28,452 nt of DNA from Macrostomum lignano. Taxonomy: Eukaryota. The position numbers and the translations under genes are program-made. Shown here in pieces: positions 1-12,900 of this stretch. The notes under the pieces are model-generated. The model was not told where the DNA came from, ran no database searches, and saw only the letters and a list, made by a program, of their open reading frames with translations. Each line of letters opens with the position of its first letter. Position 1 is the stretch's first letter. The stretch spans positions 1 through 28,452 of the forward strand of contig NIVC01005020.1 in the NCBI GenBank assembly GCA_002269645.1, read 5' to 3'.

Positions 1-1203
1 AAAAAAAAGACAAGCAAGTTGATAATTCGGCCATAGACATCAGCACAAATCTGTTTTTAATTTGCCCAAAGGGATTCACTTGCATAAGCTGCTAAAGGTG
101 CTTCCGTATTTCATTCATCAGGCTTTTGTTCATTAGTTCTCAACTTGGGCATGCAAAACGGATTGGTCCACTGGAGTTCTATGGCCAAGCGTTTTGAATT
201 AACTCGAGAAAGAAAGCCATATACATATAAGAAGTAGGAGCTGTTGGTTTTGAGCTTTCACAGAGAACAACAGTGAGATGCTTTCATTTTCGCTATCGGT
301 TAATCGATTTAAGCTCTAATGGGTCCAGAAATTTCAGTACGCGATCGTCAGCGATTCGTCACCGCCTCTGCACCACGGGCGCTGGTTGATGAAGGGTATC
401 AGCTGTTTTAAGAGTATCCAATTATTCTGTTCACCGCGTTCGGTCAAACATTGAAACAAGCCGGCAGGTTTGGGAAGCTGCCACTTTAGCAGACTGCTGC
501 TCTATCATCTGGACCCTAACGGAAACAGGGTTTTTTATGGATGCGCACAAATTTCCACCGTAGGGTACGAAGATCCAGAAAACCATTGGAACAGAACTTC
601 AGCAAGAATCTTGAGGAGTGACACATGCCCAGTGGGGATTGATGTTACTCGAGCGAGAGGCTGTTGACAAGTGCGCTGGCTGGGAGTTGCGCTGCAACAG
701 ATTGTTTGAACCGTGTTTGCAGCGACATCTGTTTAAAAAGTTGACCTTTCGTAAATTTTGATGCTTTCGATTTGTGACTCAAAATATGCTTTATTGAATG
801 CCAGTTTCTATTTTTTCTGTAAATAAAACTCAAACTGATCCTCTTCTATTCTGTCTCATCGTTCCATATTGCGTGACAAACTGAGTTATCATGGCTTACT
901 TTCTCGAGTTAATTCAAACGCTTGGGCATAGAACTCTAATGGGTCATTCCGTGTTGCATGCCCACTGTTCCACATGGCGCGACAAAAGTTATACCAACCA
1001 AATTGCCCATGGAGCTTTGCTGTCAAATGTAATAGCTTGCGAGATACATCGTTGCCATTGCCAACCTGTGCGGTACGTTTATCATTCTTTCATAAACTGC
1101 TTATTCAAAAAGGCGAATTTAAATAAACGGATACAGCAGCCTCGAACCCATATCAAGATACAGGATAGATTGTGGCAACCATTTGAACAATTAATTTCCA
1201 AAC

Positions 1204-2415
1204 CTGCATAGTGCTGTTGCCACCCAAGATGAAGTAGGCCGGTGCCAGCATCTTGGTGCTCGTCAGCATCTGCTTGGCCTGGGCGTAGCTGTCGGCCGTC
1301 TCCATGACGCTGCGAGTCAGGAAGCCCATCCAGACGGCGTCCCGCTTGCCCAGAATCCATTCGATAACGCCGATGTAGCCGCCGTCAGCGTTGAATCTCT
1401 CGTTCATGGTGAGGCTGAACCTGCCCGCGCTTCAAGGCGGTCAGAATGCCAACATAGCCGGCAAAGTTGGTCGACATGAACACCGTCTGGCCGGACTTCT
1501 TGAACCGGATGTTCACAATGGCCGGACGGAGGTACTCGGTGATGAGCCAGGTGCTGTTGGCGAGGTCCCAGCCGAGGAACAGGCCGAAGTCCAGATTGCG
1601 AGCGTGGTAAAGGACTCCCTGATGGTCCGAGTGTTTCAAAATGCACTGAGTGATCATTAAAATGTCTGTGAGCACTCAGTGGGAATGAAGCTCAACCTTG
1701 TCTCGCCTCGCCTCACCTCCCCTTTGCCTCCTCGCCTCAGCTTCCTAGCTTGCCTCCTCACCTGCCCCCCTAGCTGGAGGGAAACCCATTTAAAACATTT
1801 GATAAAAGTATCTTTTGAAGCACATATATATTACATGCATATCAACGCTAGTTAACTACAAGTCCCATCAGAGGTGCTAGCTTGGGAGCTTGAAAATTTT
1901 GGCACCGATCATGAAAAGCTCTAAAACCCCTTCCCCAGAAACTGGTAAGAAAGCAGAAATGTGCTCACTTTCTGATCCTCAGCCACGATAGAAGTGCACA
2001 CGGTGAAGATCTCGTAGAAGATGTTGTAGAGAGTGACCTCGCCCAGCGGAATGCCGGTCATATTGGCGATGCCGACAATCTCGTCGCGGAAAGGCTGCGG
2101 CAGAGTGTGCGCCAGCGGCGTCAGGTCTTTGTCCACCAGATTGATGAGCAGTTCGGAGCCGGTCATGTTGCGCACGAAGATCCTGAACTGGGCGATGAGG
2201 GCGCGCAGCTGGGGCCCGCGGTGGGCCACCACGTTTCGCCAGCGGGTGAGGGGAGCCTCGTCGAGGTCGACATCAACCCAATCGACCTCGGAATCGGCAG
2301 GCGGCGGGTAGGCGTCCGACCGGCACTGAGTCGGAATCTGAGCCTGGCTGTTTGCTGCCAGACAAGCCAGCAGCAGCAGCAGCAGCAGTGGCATGAGGCG
2401 GCTTTGACAAGTCAT
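1204..2415 (-). CDS. ASAH1: Acid ceramidase (N-acylsphingosine amidohydrolase, Ntn-hydrolase) paralog A; partial, with a +1 frameshift in exon 2 (possible pseudogene or assembly error)
   Basis: Exon 1 is 2415-1969: Leu-rich signal peptide, [28 protein letters not shown] with the nucleophile Cys at 1996-1998, donor AAA|GTGAGC. Exon 2 is 1618-1204: acceptor CATCAG|[20 protein letters not shown]...NERF...[14 protein letters not shown]|GT. An extra base at about 1428 shifts the frame. The last exon is not in the window. Confidence 0.93.
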
Positions 2416-3285
2416 GGCTGCGAAACTCTGAGATAGAAACAGTACGCCAAACCTAAGTTTGCACCCGGGCTCTCTGGTGGGTTGGGTCAGTTTTATGCCA
2501 CAACTATAAAAGACAAGTTCGCTATACTGGGTGCGGCCACTTACTTGATAAAGCTAGAGAGATAAAATCAACTGCACCAGGCACGCACACGGTAAGAGAG
2601 AAAGTCACTTTGAAATATGACGCAAATTGCAGTTGATAAGGCATTATTATGGACCCTATATGTGAACTATTATAACATAAATAAACTTATGATTGGCAAG
2701 GCCCATAGGCTGCTTTCATCTCTGCCAGGTGATGCTATCACTTTCGATAATGAGCGCGTACGCCCAACTAAAACAGATGATAATCCGTCCATGAAGCACG
2801 AACTTTCACATCTGACCGTCGTACACAAAGTATGGACTGATTATTTAGGCCAATTGATGTACATCTAGGTTTTCAAAGTAAGCTGCATGAAAGCACATGA
2901 CACGCCTGTCAGCCACCGCGTCTGTTTTAGAGGTCACAAAACTGTGTTCCGGAGCATATGCACTATTGGAAATGAGCAATTGCTCTCTTCTTGCTCAAAT
3001 TTCACCGACGTTGTTCTTATTAAACAGGTTTTTGAGAGCATTGTAAGACAAGCAAAGTCAATGAGAAATCTGGTGCGAATTCGAACATTTTAGTAGCACC
3101 GTTCTAATATACATGTAAATTATTTTACTTGTAAGCACATAATGAACTTAAAAATACCCGTTCATTTGATAAAAATTAGAGTAGAGTAATTTAGTATAGG
3201 TTTACTTAGTACACGTAAACTTGTTTTAGCGTCTTAATTAGTAGTAGTAGCTCGTCTGAAGTGCCATCAAATTGCACTACTGATG

Positions 3286-3540
3286 TACTTCTCTACGATG
3301 GATTTCTCCAGGCGAGTGTTCAGCGACCACAATGAAGTTCGAGAAGCTGCATTGCAATGGGCAAGAGGCCTTGACGAAGATTGCTTGAAAAGAGAGGTTC
3401 AGCGACTCGTTGACCATTGCCAAGCTGTAATCAACGCAAGGGGAGATTACATTACCAACTAGTGCTGTTATCGTGTTTTCTGATAGTTCTGACTGGTTTT
3501 TTTTAAATACAATCTCACGACTTTCCGGACAGCCGATGTA
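3286..3540 (+). mobile_element. Tc1/mariner transposase 3' fragment with right terminal inverted repeat
   Basis: 3286-3462 translates as ...RRVFSDHNEVREAALQWARGLDEDCLKREVQRLVDHCQAVINARGDYITN*, the typical mariner C-terminal helices. It is followed by a TIR-like GACTTTCCGGACAGCCGATG and TA (3539-3540). No left end was found. Confidence 0.7.
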
Positions 3541-4819
3541 CAAAGTGACGAAAAAATGCGCAACAGGCCGTTTAATTGTCTGCCTTGATGTCTAAGCGTA
3601 TCAGGGCCATTGGTTAACTGTGAATCATGCGAATTTATGTATGCAATTAACACAGCACTTGTGTAAAACTGTGATGAAATGTTGCTTATACTTTTAAAAC
3701 TTCATTTAAGTCCCAAAAGGGGGCCGAGTGTGCTAGTCATTACAATATACTAAGTATGCCAACTATACCAAATACGGTCTTCTTATTACTGTTACCTGTA
3801 CCTGCACACTTCTAGTATGAGAACTGGGAACTAAGCTTTTTGGGTGGAAGCGGGTTCGTTTCCCGACGCGGTAGCCAGACAAGTCCCTAAATGGCGCCAG
3901 ATTAATAAGCTAGACCAAGACCACTAGACTATGGATACTGGCCTCTAAAGCCTCTAAAACGGTTGAAATGAAAAAGGCAAAAATCAAACGCTTCAGATAG
4001 GGTGTATTGCACATCCGTCAGTAAAGCAGCTACTCATATGAGCTCTACTCAACTGCCGACTGGCGCAGCGCCACTGTAAAAAAGGCAAACCAAATTTAAT
4101 TGCCTCCTCTATGCTCACTAATTAATAAATTTCAGTAATCAAACAGAAACATGACAGATACTCGATGCTTGAGTAGAATTAGGTAAATCAAAGGCGTGTA
4201 CTATTTTAGCCAGGTTATTAGCGAGCATTAGCACTTCAAAGACGGCAGGTAGGTGGGCGGGGAAAATAAAACAAAAAAACGACTAGAAATTGAAAGTGAT
4301 AAAATAGCAACACTAAAAAGGGCTGAAAAAATACTGCTGAATAGTCGAATAGAAAAGGACTGTAAAAAAATTGATGCAAATAGATGCCTTACTGTGAGAG
4401 GTGAGGAGAATAAAATAAATTTAGCACAGCAAGTACTAACTATACTACTACTGTCCACTGTCACTTCAAAAAGTAAGTAGGAAGCCATGCAGCAGGGTGT
4501 ATCTAATTATCATCAAGCAAAAAATTTCGAGTGTGCACTCGTATCTGGGACAATGGGAGTACTCGGAAAGCTTTTGAGAAGGCATGCAATGCGTAGTAGC
4601 GCAATGTACTCGATATGCTTCACTCTATCTTGGTTTTTAGTGTTGGAAAATATTTGACAAGCAAGAAATAAAGTATCGCTTTCAATACAAGAAATCAACT
4701 GTATAGAAGAGTCCAAATAAAGGTAAGCCCCTTATCCGTAGGTGCACAACTGCATGCCAACCAGTTAATTCTATCCTTTCATTCTGCAATAGATTTGTCA
4801 ATAAATCAACCAACAGGTT

Positions 4820-5767
4820 TCACTTGTCGCCGGAGGCTCCGGCGGCCTTCAGCCGATCGCGGATGCAGTCCTCGGCCACTTCACTGATATCGTTGGCCTG
4901 AATCTCCACCACGCCGCGCAGCTTGTGCTTGATGGCGTCCTGAAAATTATAATCATGCGATTGTTAAGCTTCGTTTGAAAAAATATACCATAGCAACCCA
5001 CATTGACTTACCACTTGGATTGTTCTACGATACTTTGCTTCAATCTAAATAGCGTAATATTTCCTAATATACTTGCTACCGGGCCTAATGACCATAGATA
5101 CAAGGACCAATTGCGATAGCAACCATGACTAATCACCATAGCAACCATGACGAATCACCATAGCAACCATGACGAATCACCATAGCAGCCATGACCGATC
5201 ACCATAGCAACCATTACCAATCACTATAACAGCAACGACCAATTACCATAGCAACCATGACCAATCACCATAGCAACCATGACCAATCACCATAGCAACC
5301 ATGACGAACCACCATAGCAACAATCACTAATCACCACAGCAACCACGACCAATCACCATAGCAACCAACCGGATCAATTTATTAAGAACAAAACTGATAT
5401 TTGCTAAGCATAAGTGTTTTAAAGTATAAATCAAGAAGCTTAAGAGCTTAGCACTACAAACCTTGGATGAGGCGTAGATCATTTTGCAGCGAATTTTGCA
5501 CACATCCGGTGCCCAGTGAATAAACAGCAGCTTCTCCCGCTTACCGCCATCCTCCAGCGTGTAGGCGTAATCGTAAATAATGTAGCGACAATCGTTTCTA
5601 GGCAAGGAATCAACGAAATCTTCGTAGCTGCTCTCCTCAACAATGCGCTCCGTGGTGATGGTGGAATCGTTGACTATGTGAAACACAATGTAGCGATACC
5701 TGTGCCCGATCTTGATGGCTTTGAAGTGCTCTTCAACCTGAGGATCAACTGATACACCGGATGCCAT
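4820..5767 (-). CDS. CFL: Cofilin / actin-depolymerising factor, 141 aa, 2 exons
   Basis: Exon 1 is 5767-5462 (MASGV with Ser3, DCRYIIYD, KLLFIHWAPD, KMIYASSK|GT). Exon 2 is 4939-4820 (TTTTCAG|DAIKHKLRGVVEIQANDISEV...GDK*). Both junction sides are phase 0, and the join restores the KMIYASSKDAIK actin-binding helix. Confidence 0.96.
5085..5368. repeat. 22-bp minisatellite (ACCATAGCAACCATGACCAATC), about 12 copies, in the cofilin intron
   Basis: Direct tandem periodicity of 22 (TCACC at 5133 and 5155). Confidence 0.95.
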
Positions 5768-6031
5768 GCCTACTTTTTATCGATGCTTTCGTTAGTCGGG
5801 AAATTTCAGTTCAGTGGATTCTTTGAAGTTTCTAATTGTCCCCTGACAACGGGCTCAACGTTGGCTGAAAATTTTAGTTTTTAATAATCTGTAATAAGTT
5901 ATTTATATAGATATCCTATGATTGATACTTTGAAGATTTGTTACAATTTCTTTCTTTCTCTAATCTGTAACTTTGTGTTCTTAAATAAAAAACATTAGTA
6001 TCCTAATTCTTTCAAGGTTAAATTGAAGCAT

Positions 6032-6375
6032 TTATTAATAGAGACAGGGTCTGTGTGCATTTAAGCGACATTGTCACACAACCGGCGAGAGGCATTACTG
6101 CCCATTCCGCCGACTCCCCTGAGCAGGCACACAAGCGCGCGGATACGTACGCAGGCACACACTCACACAGGAGTGTACAGCGGCCCTAACTTTATTCGTT
6201 AGGCATGTACACTTCACTGCGCCTTGGGGGTTTGCTCTCAAGGCCGTTAATTGCACGAGCAGAGCCAAGCCGAGATTCCAATTTAGCCCCAAATTAATGT
6301 GACTGCACTGGGAATCGAGCCTGGGCCGCTGGCACACCAGAGCGCCGCGCTGGACCACTGGGCTACGGCCGCCCT
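6032..6375 (-). mobile_element. tRNA-derived SINE-like element
   Basis: The minus strand has an A-box TAGCCCAGTGG (6365-6355) and a B-box GGCTCGATTCC (6321-6311) at tRNA-like spacing. The acceptor stem does not pair. A body of about 270 nt follows, ending near AATAAA. Confidence 0.6.
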
Positions 6376-6774
6376 AAGTTGAAAAATGAAAAATATTTTT
6401 TTATCTAACAACAAAATTGACATTCGAAATTCAGATGCGTAAAGTCCTATTTAGGACATTCATTAAGCTAATTACCTAATTGTTACGATGAGTTTAACCA
6501 AGAATAAGATACTAATTTAAGAAAAAAGGAACAAGTCAAACAAAGCCAATGTGATCAAACTGGAAAAAAACACAAATCGCTTCGACTCTTTCAAGAGCCC
6601 ACCGACACGAAGGAAATGCGTCATCCACAGTATTAAACGGTAGGTAGGAAATGAATGAATGCGTGTTTTTGTGCAGCATAGTATAAAATTTATTTTGCCT
6701 AATAAAAACCGCACTTCGCCAATATCCCAATCCCAATTCTTTCACAATGGCCGACCAAGGGACCACCTCCATTT

Positions 6775-7062
6775 CTTCAGTGAGGGGGAATGACTGACCA
6801 ATTAAAGGACCCATCCATGGCTTCAGTGAGGGGGAATGGCTGACCAATTAAAGGACCCATCCATGGCTTCAGTGAGGGGGAATGGCTGACCAATTAAAGG
6901 ACCCATCCATGGCTTCAGTGAGGGGGAATGGCTGACCAATTAAAGGACCCATCCATGGCTTCAGTGAGGGGGAATGGCTGACCAATTAAAGGACCCATCC
7001 ATGGCTTCAGTGAGGGGGAATGGCTGACTAATTAAAGGACCCATCCATGGCTTCAGTGAGGG
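6775..7062. repeat. 46-bp minisatellite, about 6 copies (CTTCAGTGAGGGGGAATGGCTGACCAATTAAAGGACCCATCCATGG)
   Basis: Units start at 6775, 6821, 6867, 6913, 6959, 7005 and 7051. Confidence 0.97.
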
Positions 7063-7192
7063 GCAAGGAGCCATCCATGGAGCACCTAATTAAACATGCT
7101 GATGAGGCCAATGAATGAAAACAATTGATTAATAGAAAAGCAGAGTACAGAACGCGTCACGGCAGACAGAGCAATGCAATAACAACAGACAG

Positions 7193-8708
7193 TCAGGCCT
7201 GCTTCTCTCCGCCGCCTCCGCCGCCAGTCTTAGCAAAGCCGGCATAGTTTCCTGTAGTGAGCAGCCGGTTGAGCCGGTCCACCTCGTCCAGGGTGTTTGC
7301 CCGCCGGATCGCCTCGCGCACAGCCAGCAGGTCAGCGGAAGTCGGGCCGCCGGCTGCCGAGACAGGCGCCGACGCAGCGGCAGCAGCCGCCGGCACTGGC
7401 GCTCCGGGCGTGAAAGTCTTGGCAGGCTTGGACTTCAAGCTCGCCGCCGATTTATCGGCGACATCCCCGACGCCACCGGAGGTAAACAGCGCGGCCGCTT
7501 GTCGACGTTCGGCGTCGGTGATGCGTCGAAAGTCGAGGAAGCGCAGACTGGGCAGCTTGTGCACCACGTGTAGGCGGTAGTTGCGCCGGCTGCAGACGGG
7601 GTTCTTCAGCAGGGACAGGAAGCGCAGCCGCTTCAGGGCGGTCAGGGGCTCCAAGTCCGCCAGCTCCTGCAGGCAGTTGTTGGTCAGCAGGAGGGTCGAC
7701 AGGCGCGGCAGGCTGCTTGAAAGGCCGTCGCCAATGCGCATCACCTTGTTATTGTTCAGCATCAGGTTTGCCAGCCGGGGCAGGTGGGGGAAGCCGTCCA
7801 GCTTGCGGATCTGCCGATTCGTGGGGAAGAATGCGTTTGATAGGGCAGTAAGAATGGCAGTTTGTTAGGGGAAGAATGGCAGTTTGTTAGGGGAAGAATG
7901 GCAGTTTGTTAGGGGAAGAATGGCAGTTTGTTAGAAGAAGAATGGCAGTTTGTTGAAGGAAGAATGACAGTTTGTTAGAGGAAGAATGGCAGTTTGTTGA
8001 AGGAAGAATGGCAGTTTGTTGAAGGAAGAATGGCAGTTTGTTAGGGGAAGAATGACAGTTTGTTGAAGGAAGAATGACAGTTTGTTAGGGGAAGAATGAC
8101 AGTTTGTTAGAGGAAGAATGGCAGTTTGTTAGAAGAATGGCAGTTTGTTGAAGGAAGAATGGCAGTTTGTTAGAGAAAGAATGGCAGTTTGTTGAAGGAA
8201 GAATGACAGTTGTTAGGGAAAGAATGGCAGTTTGTTAGGGAAAGAATGGCAGTTTGTTTGAGGAAGAATGGCAGTTTGTTAGGGAAAGAATAGCAGTTTG
8301 TTTAAGGAAGAATGGCAGTTTGTTAGGGAAAGAGTAGCAGTTTGTTAGGCAAAGAGTAGCAGTTTGTTAGAGTAAGAATGGCAGTTTGTTAGAGGAAGAG
8401 TCTGCCTCTTCGTTCCGGTAGTTTGTTAAGAGGAAGAGAAAGTGAGATTGGAGAGTACATGCATATCAGCTAGGCGAAACAACGAACAGAGAGTGATGCA
8501 TCAAGCTGAGAGTACATCAATGATAGTGTTGCAATGGAAGCATTATATATACCTCATTATCTGTGAGGTCGATGGTATCAAACTGGTCCAGAGTAGCGCT
8601 GAGATTCTCTAACAAAGCCACCTTGTATCCTCGCAGATCCAGTTCGCGGTCACCCAGAGGATTAGTGGTCTGCACCGAGTTCTGTATAAGCTCGGGCGTC
8701 AGCTTCAT
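7193..8708 (-). CDS. SNRPA1: U2 small nuclear ribonucleoprotein A' (LRR protein), 257 aa, 2 exons
   Basis: Exon 1 is 8708-8553 (MKLTPELIQNSVQTTNPLGDRELDLRGYK...DTIDLTDNE|GT). Exon 2 is 7810-7193 (CAG|IRKLDGFPHLPRL...LRFLSLLKNPV...YRLHVV...LDFRRI...IRRANTLDEVDRLNRLLTTG). The intron is phase 0, and the LRR, LRRcap and C-terminal motifs are hallmark U2A'. Confidence 0.97.
7826..8400. repeat. About 22-bp minisatellite (GAAGAATGGCAGTTTGTTAGGG and variants), about 26 copies, filling the SNRPA1 intron
   Basis: Direct tandem periodicity; units are 19-23 bp. Confidence 0.95.
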
Positions 8709-8825
8709 GCTTGTTGGCAATGCAATCAGTGGACAAATCAATGAGCTGCAATCGGGAAATAATAGATTTAATAATTTAGCACAAGCATTCACTAGTTGTT
8801 ATTTCGTCTAAATTCCTCCTCAAGT

Positions 8826-9670
8826 CTGGCTACTTCCCCAGTTCCCTCCGCTGCCTCTCCGCTCCCGCTACTTCCCCAGTTCTCTCCGCTGCCTCTCCGC
8901 TCCCGCTACTTCCCCAGTTCCCTCCGCTCCCTCAGTCCTTGAATCTGCCTCTCCGCTCCCTCAGTCCTTGAATCTGCCTCTCCGCTCCCTCAGTCCTTGA
9001 ATCTGCCTCTCCGCTCCCTCAGTCTTTGAATCTGCCTCTCCGCTCCCTCAGTCTTTGAATCTGCCTCTCCGCTCCCTCAGTCCTTGAATCTGCCTCTCCG
9101 CTCCCTCAGTCTTTGAATCTGCCTCTCCGCTCCCTCAGTCCTTGAATCTGCCTCTCCGCTCCCTCAGTCTTTGAATCTGCCTCTCCGCTCCCTCAGTCCT
9201 TGAATCTGCCTCTCCGCTCCCTCAGTCCTTGAATCTGCCTCTCCGCTCCCTCAGTCCTTGAATCTGCCTCTCCGCTCCCTCAGTCTTTGAATCTGCCTCT
9301 CCGCTCCCTCAGTCCTTGAATCTGCCTCTCCGCTCCCTCAGTCCTTGAATCTGCCTCTCCGCTCCCTCAGTCCTTGAATCTGCATCTCCGCTCCCTCAGT
9401 CCTTGAATCTGCATCTCCGCTCCCTCAGTCCTTGAATCTGCCTCTCCGCTCCCTCAGTCCTTGAATCTGCCTCTCCGCTCCCTCAGTCCTTGAATCTGCC
9501 TCTCCGCTCCCTCAGTCCTTGAATCTGCCTCTCCGCTCCCTCAGTCCTTGAATCTGCCTCTCCGCTCCCTCAGTCCTTGAATCTGCCTCTCCGCTCCCTC
9601 AGTCCTTGAATCTGCCTCTCCGCTCCCTCAGTCCTTGAATCTGCCTCTCCGCTCCCTAAGTCTTTGAATC
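8826..9670. repeat. 29-bp minisatellite (CTCCGCTCCCTCAGTCCTTGAATCTGCCT), about 26 copies from 8923, preceded by related units at 8826-8922
   Basis: GAATCTGCCT at 8941, 8970 and onward; very homogeneous. Confidence 0.97.
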
Positions 9671-9948
9671 AGCTTCCAAGTATTCAAAAATCAGGAACAA
9701 CAAATTAGTTTATTATAGTGCCAAGCAAAGCTTCAATTGAGCTTACAAAATATTATATTTTTTAAAACCGATCAAAGACAACTGACTATTGCGGAAGATA
9801 AAAAATATTGTAAAAGTGTATTAAAAAACTCTGAATGCAGGAAGTTAGTGAAAATGGAATTTAAAAAAACAAAATTGAAAGCCACGCACCAAAGCAGTTA
9901 AAATCTGCTTTATAAAACAAGCACAAATTGAGTCAGTTTAATGCCAAT

Positions 9949-12900
9949 CTACCAAATCGGACACGGGTCCTTGCAGGTCTGGCGGTAGCTGTGATACTCT
10001 CCCGTGTCCACCCGCATCAGAGCCGTGTAAGTTGTGAGCTTGTTGAGCACAGGAATCGAGCTCAGCACATTGAAGATCTCCTTGAACCCCATGCTAGCCT
10101 GACCCTTGGCCATCATGCACTTGTTGCCGGGGGTTCGCCTGTCGTCAAGCACAAACGGCGGCTTCCAGTGATCGTAGTTGGTCTGCAGCAGGTACCAGGT
10201 GTGGTTGGCGGCCGCCGAGCGCTCCCACACGTCGATGGCGGCATCTCGGGACCGGGTGATGACGCAGCCCTGCGCCAGTGCAGCCGGGAGGAGATTAGAA
10301 TCATTTGATTGGTAGTAGATTTGGCTTGTCGGACAGTGTAATCTCGAGACTTAAAATCTAAAGTTTAGACTTCAGAATTCTTAGACTCGATCTAATCCGC
10401 AGGGTTGTGTGAGCAATTATAAAGTTCTATCTAACCTATGTAAAGCCGCAGCGACACTAGGGCGGTGACCATGGCCCTCCCGGGTCATGGCTGTTTTGCA
10501 AGTCATCGTCACCTGCAGGGGAAAATCCGCAGTGAAGAATGTCCATTCTGCCTCTTAGGTGTTGAGAATGCGGAGCACTTCACCTGCGAATGCCCCGTCT
10601 TTACCCAGGACAGGCTCATCTACCTCGGCACAAACTCGGACCTCTTCGACGTTTTCAGGCCCGAGAATTTCTGCCAACTCGTCCGCTACTTAAAAGCTAC
10701 CGGGCGAGTGACCATCCACCTCCTGGACTCCCCGGAGGGGGACCGCGCTGCGGACACGGCAACACCAGCTGCCTGTGCTTGCCGGGGTGTATCCGGGGCT
10801 TTCGGCCTTTCCCTGTTGTATCCGGATGCTCGGACCCCCCCCCCTCTGCAGCTGAGTCAACCTAGCAGTGCATAGAGCCCCTTGGAAGCCTAGCTAGACT
10901 TATCTGACAATAAAGTCACTAATAAAATCGGATACTCTTTCGATTATTCTAATTTTAGTAACTCACGAACCTGCATAGTGCTGTTGCCACCCAAGATGAA
11001 GTAGGCCGGTGCCAGCATCTTGGTGCCCGTCAGCATCTGCTTGGCCTGGGCGTAGCTGTCGGCCGTCTCCATGACTCTGCGAGTTAGGAAGCCCATCCAG
11101 ACGGCGTCCCTCTTGCCCAGAATCCATTCGATGATGCCGAGAGTCGAGCTGCCATCGAGACTATTTCGAGAATTCACGGTGAGGCTGAACCTGCCCGGCT
11201 TCAGGGCGGTCAGAATGCCAACATAGCCGGCAAAGTGGGTGGACATGAACACCGTCTGGCCGGACTTCTTGAACCGGATGTTCACAATGGTTGGCCGAAG
11301 GTACTCGGTGACGAGCCAAGTCTTTTTGGCTTTGTCCCAGCCAAAGAAGAGCCCGAAATCCAGATTGCGAGCGTGGTAAAGGACTCCCTGACAAGATGGA
11401 AACGATGATCGATAACGAGTGCATGGTATAAGAATGAGAATTAATAATAAAAATACGCACAAAAAAGCTCCCGATCAGTTGTGGGAGGGAGGGGTAGCCG
11501 TTTTTTCGGGCCGCACTTTTTTGCTTCCTTGGCCTTTGTCGTCTCCAACAACAGTTGCTCTGCTTCAGCTTCTCCCTAATCTGCTCGGGCGTCTACTGAA
11601 CCAACTTCTCCAAGTCGGTGTATTTCTTGCTGGCTCTACTTTCATTTTGGATATCTGACGTGACTCTTCTCCAGCTTCTCCCTTTTCTTACGTTATTATA
11701 ATCTTTCCTCCTCCAGCTGCCAGCGGCATACAGCATAGGCACTGGCGCACAAATTCTTTGAGTCTGGTGAGACCTACAGACTGGCAGCAGCCCAACCTTT
11801 AGCCACCAGACACGATTGTGATACAACAAGTGCCCTGATGGTCAGCAATCCAAGGCTGCAAGGCTGTCTTCCTCACGACTTCGTCAATAGAGAATAAGAA
11901 TTAGTGAGGAAAAATCAGGCCCATTAGCTACACATAAATTCAAGCCACCCCTAAAAAAATCGGGCATTCGGGCCATTTCCGTCAATTGCGTCACCCCAGA
12001 GTTGTTGCAGATAACACAGGTAAAATATGAAAGAAGTGACTCTAGACGAGTCCGAAACGACGAGATGTCACGGAACGGCGCAAGTTACCAAAAAGGATGG
12101 CCTAAGAGCCAATTTGAGATGCTTTATTGTCTGCGACTCTGAAACTACTCTCGGACGCTTCTATAGTGACTCTGGGGCCATAGAGTATCGTTTTCAATGG
12201 GTCTTAGAATTGAGAAGTCTCAGCAAGTCGATGCGGCGCACGCTGGCCTGCTGCGCGCCGCCTTCAACATCGGCGTCGAGCGAGTCACCAACGCGGCACT
12301 CTATCGCCGCGCTGGCCTGCCACGTCCAAGTGATCTACTGCGCCGTCGGCGACTCCAGCTCGCAGGCCATCTCATCTGCGCCGAGTCGTACTGCCCACAG
12401 CCGGTGCAGGTGCTGCTGTTCACGCTGCAGGCACCCTACCGGCGAGGTCAAACTCGGCGTTATGTCGACTGTCTGCTGGCTGACGCCGGCGCCCCGGACA
12501 CTGCCGGTGGCGCGGCCTTTGTTTGCGCCCAAGCCATGAAGTGCGCCCTGTGACGCTGACTTTTGCCATCCTGACAGCGTATTTTGTTGTTTTTGTTGTG
12601 TTGTCAGAATTGAGCAGAAAGTCTCACTAAGAAGATAGTAAATATTATATCTACCTTGGAATCCTTAGCCAACACAGACGTGCACAGGTTAGTGGCCTCG
12701 TAGAAGATATTGTAAAGCAAAATCTCGCCCAATGGAATGCCAGTCACTGTGCTAATGCCAACCATTTCGTCCTGGTAGGGCTGCGGCACAGTGGGCGCAA
12801 TAAGAGTCAGAGACCGCGCAACAAGGTTAAAGTACACACTCGAGCCGGTCAGTTGCCGAATGAAATTTTTAAACTGCAACAGTAGGTCGCGTATCTGGGA

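Noticed and set aside
1-1203. Exon 3 of paralog A
   Set aside because: No GCVITR, TNYD or CxDPC-like sequence was found. It presumably lies beyond the left edge, so its absence here is not evidence of truncation.
3820-3990. Second SINE or Pol III unit (B-box-like GGTTCGTTTCC at about 3853)
   Set aside because: No convincing A-box and no second copy in the window.
4228-4716. Short ORFs between cofilin and paralog A
   Set aside because: AT-rich, with no recognisable motifs or splice structure.
6300-6375. Functional tRNA gene
   Set aside because: A and B boxes are present, but the acceptor and anticodon stems do not pair properly. Treated as a SINE head.
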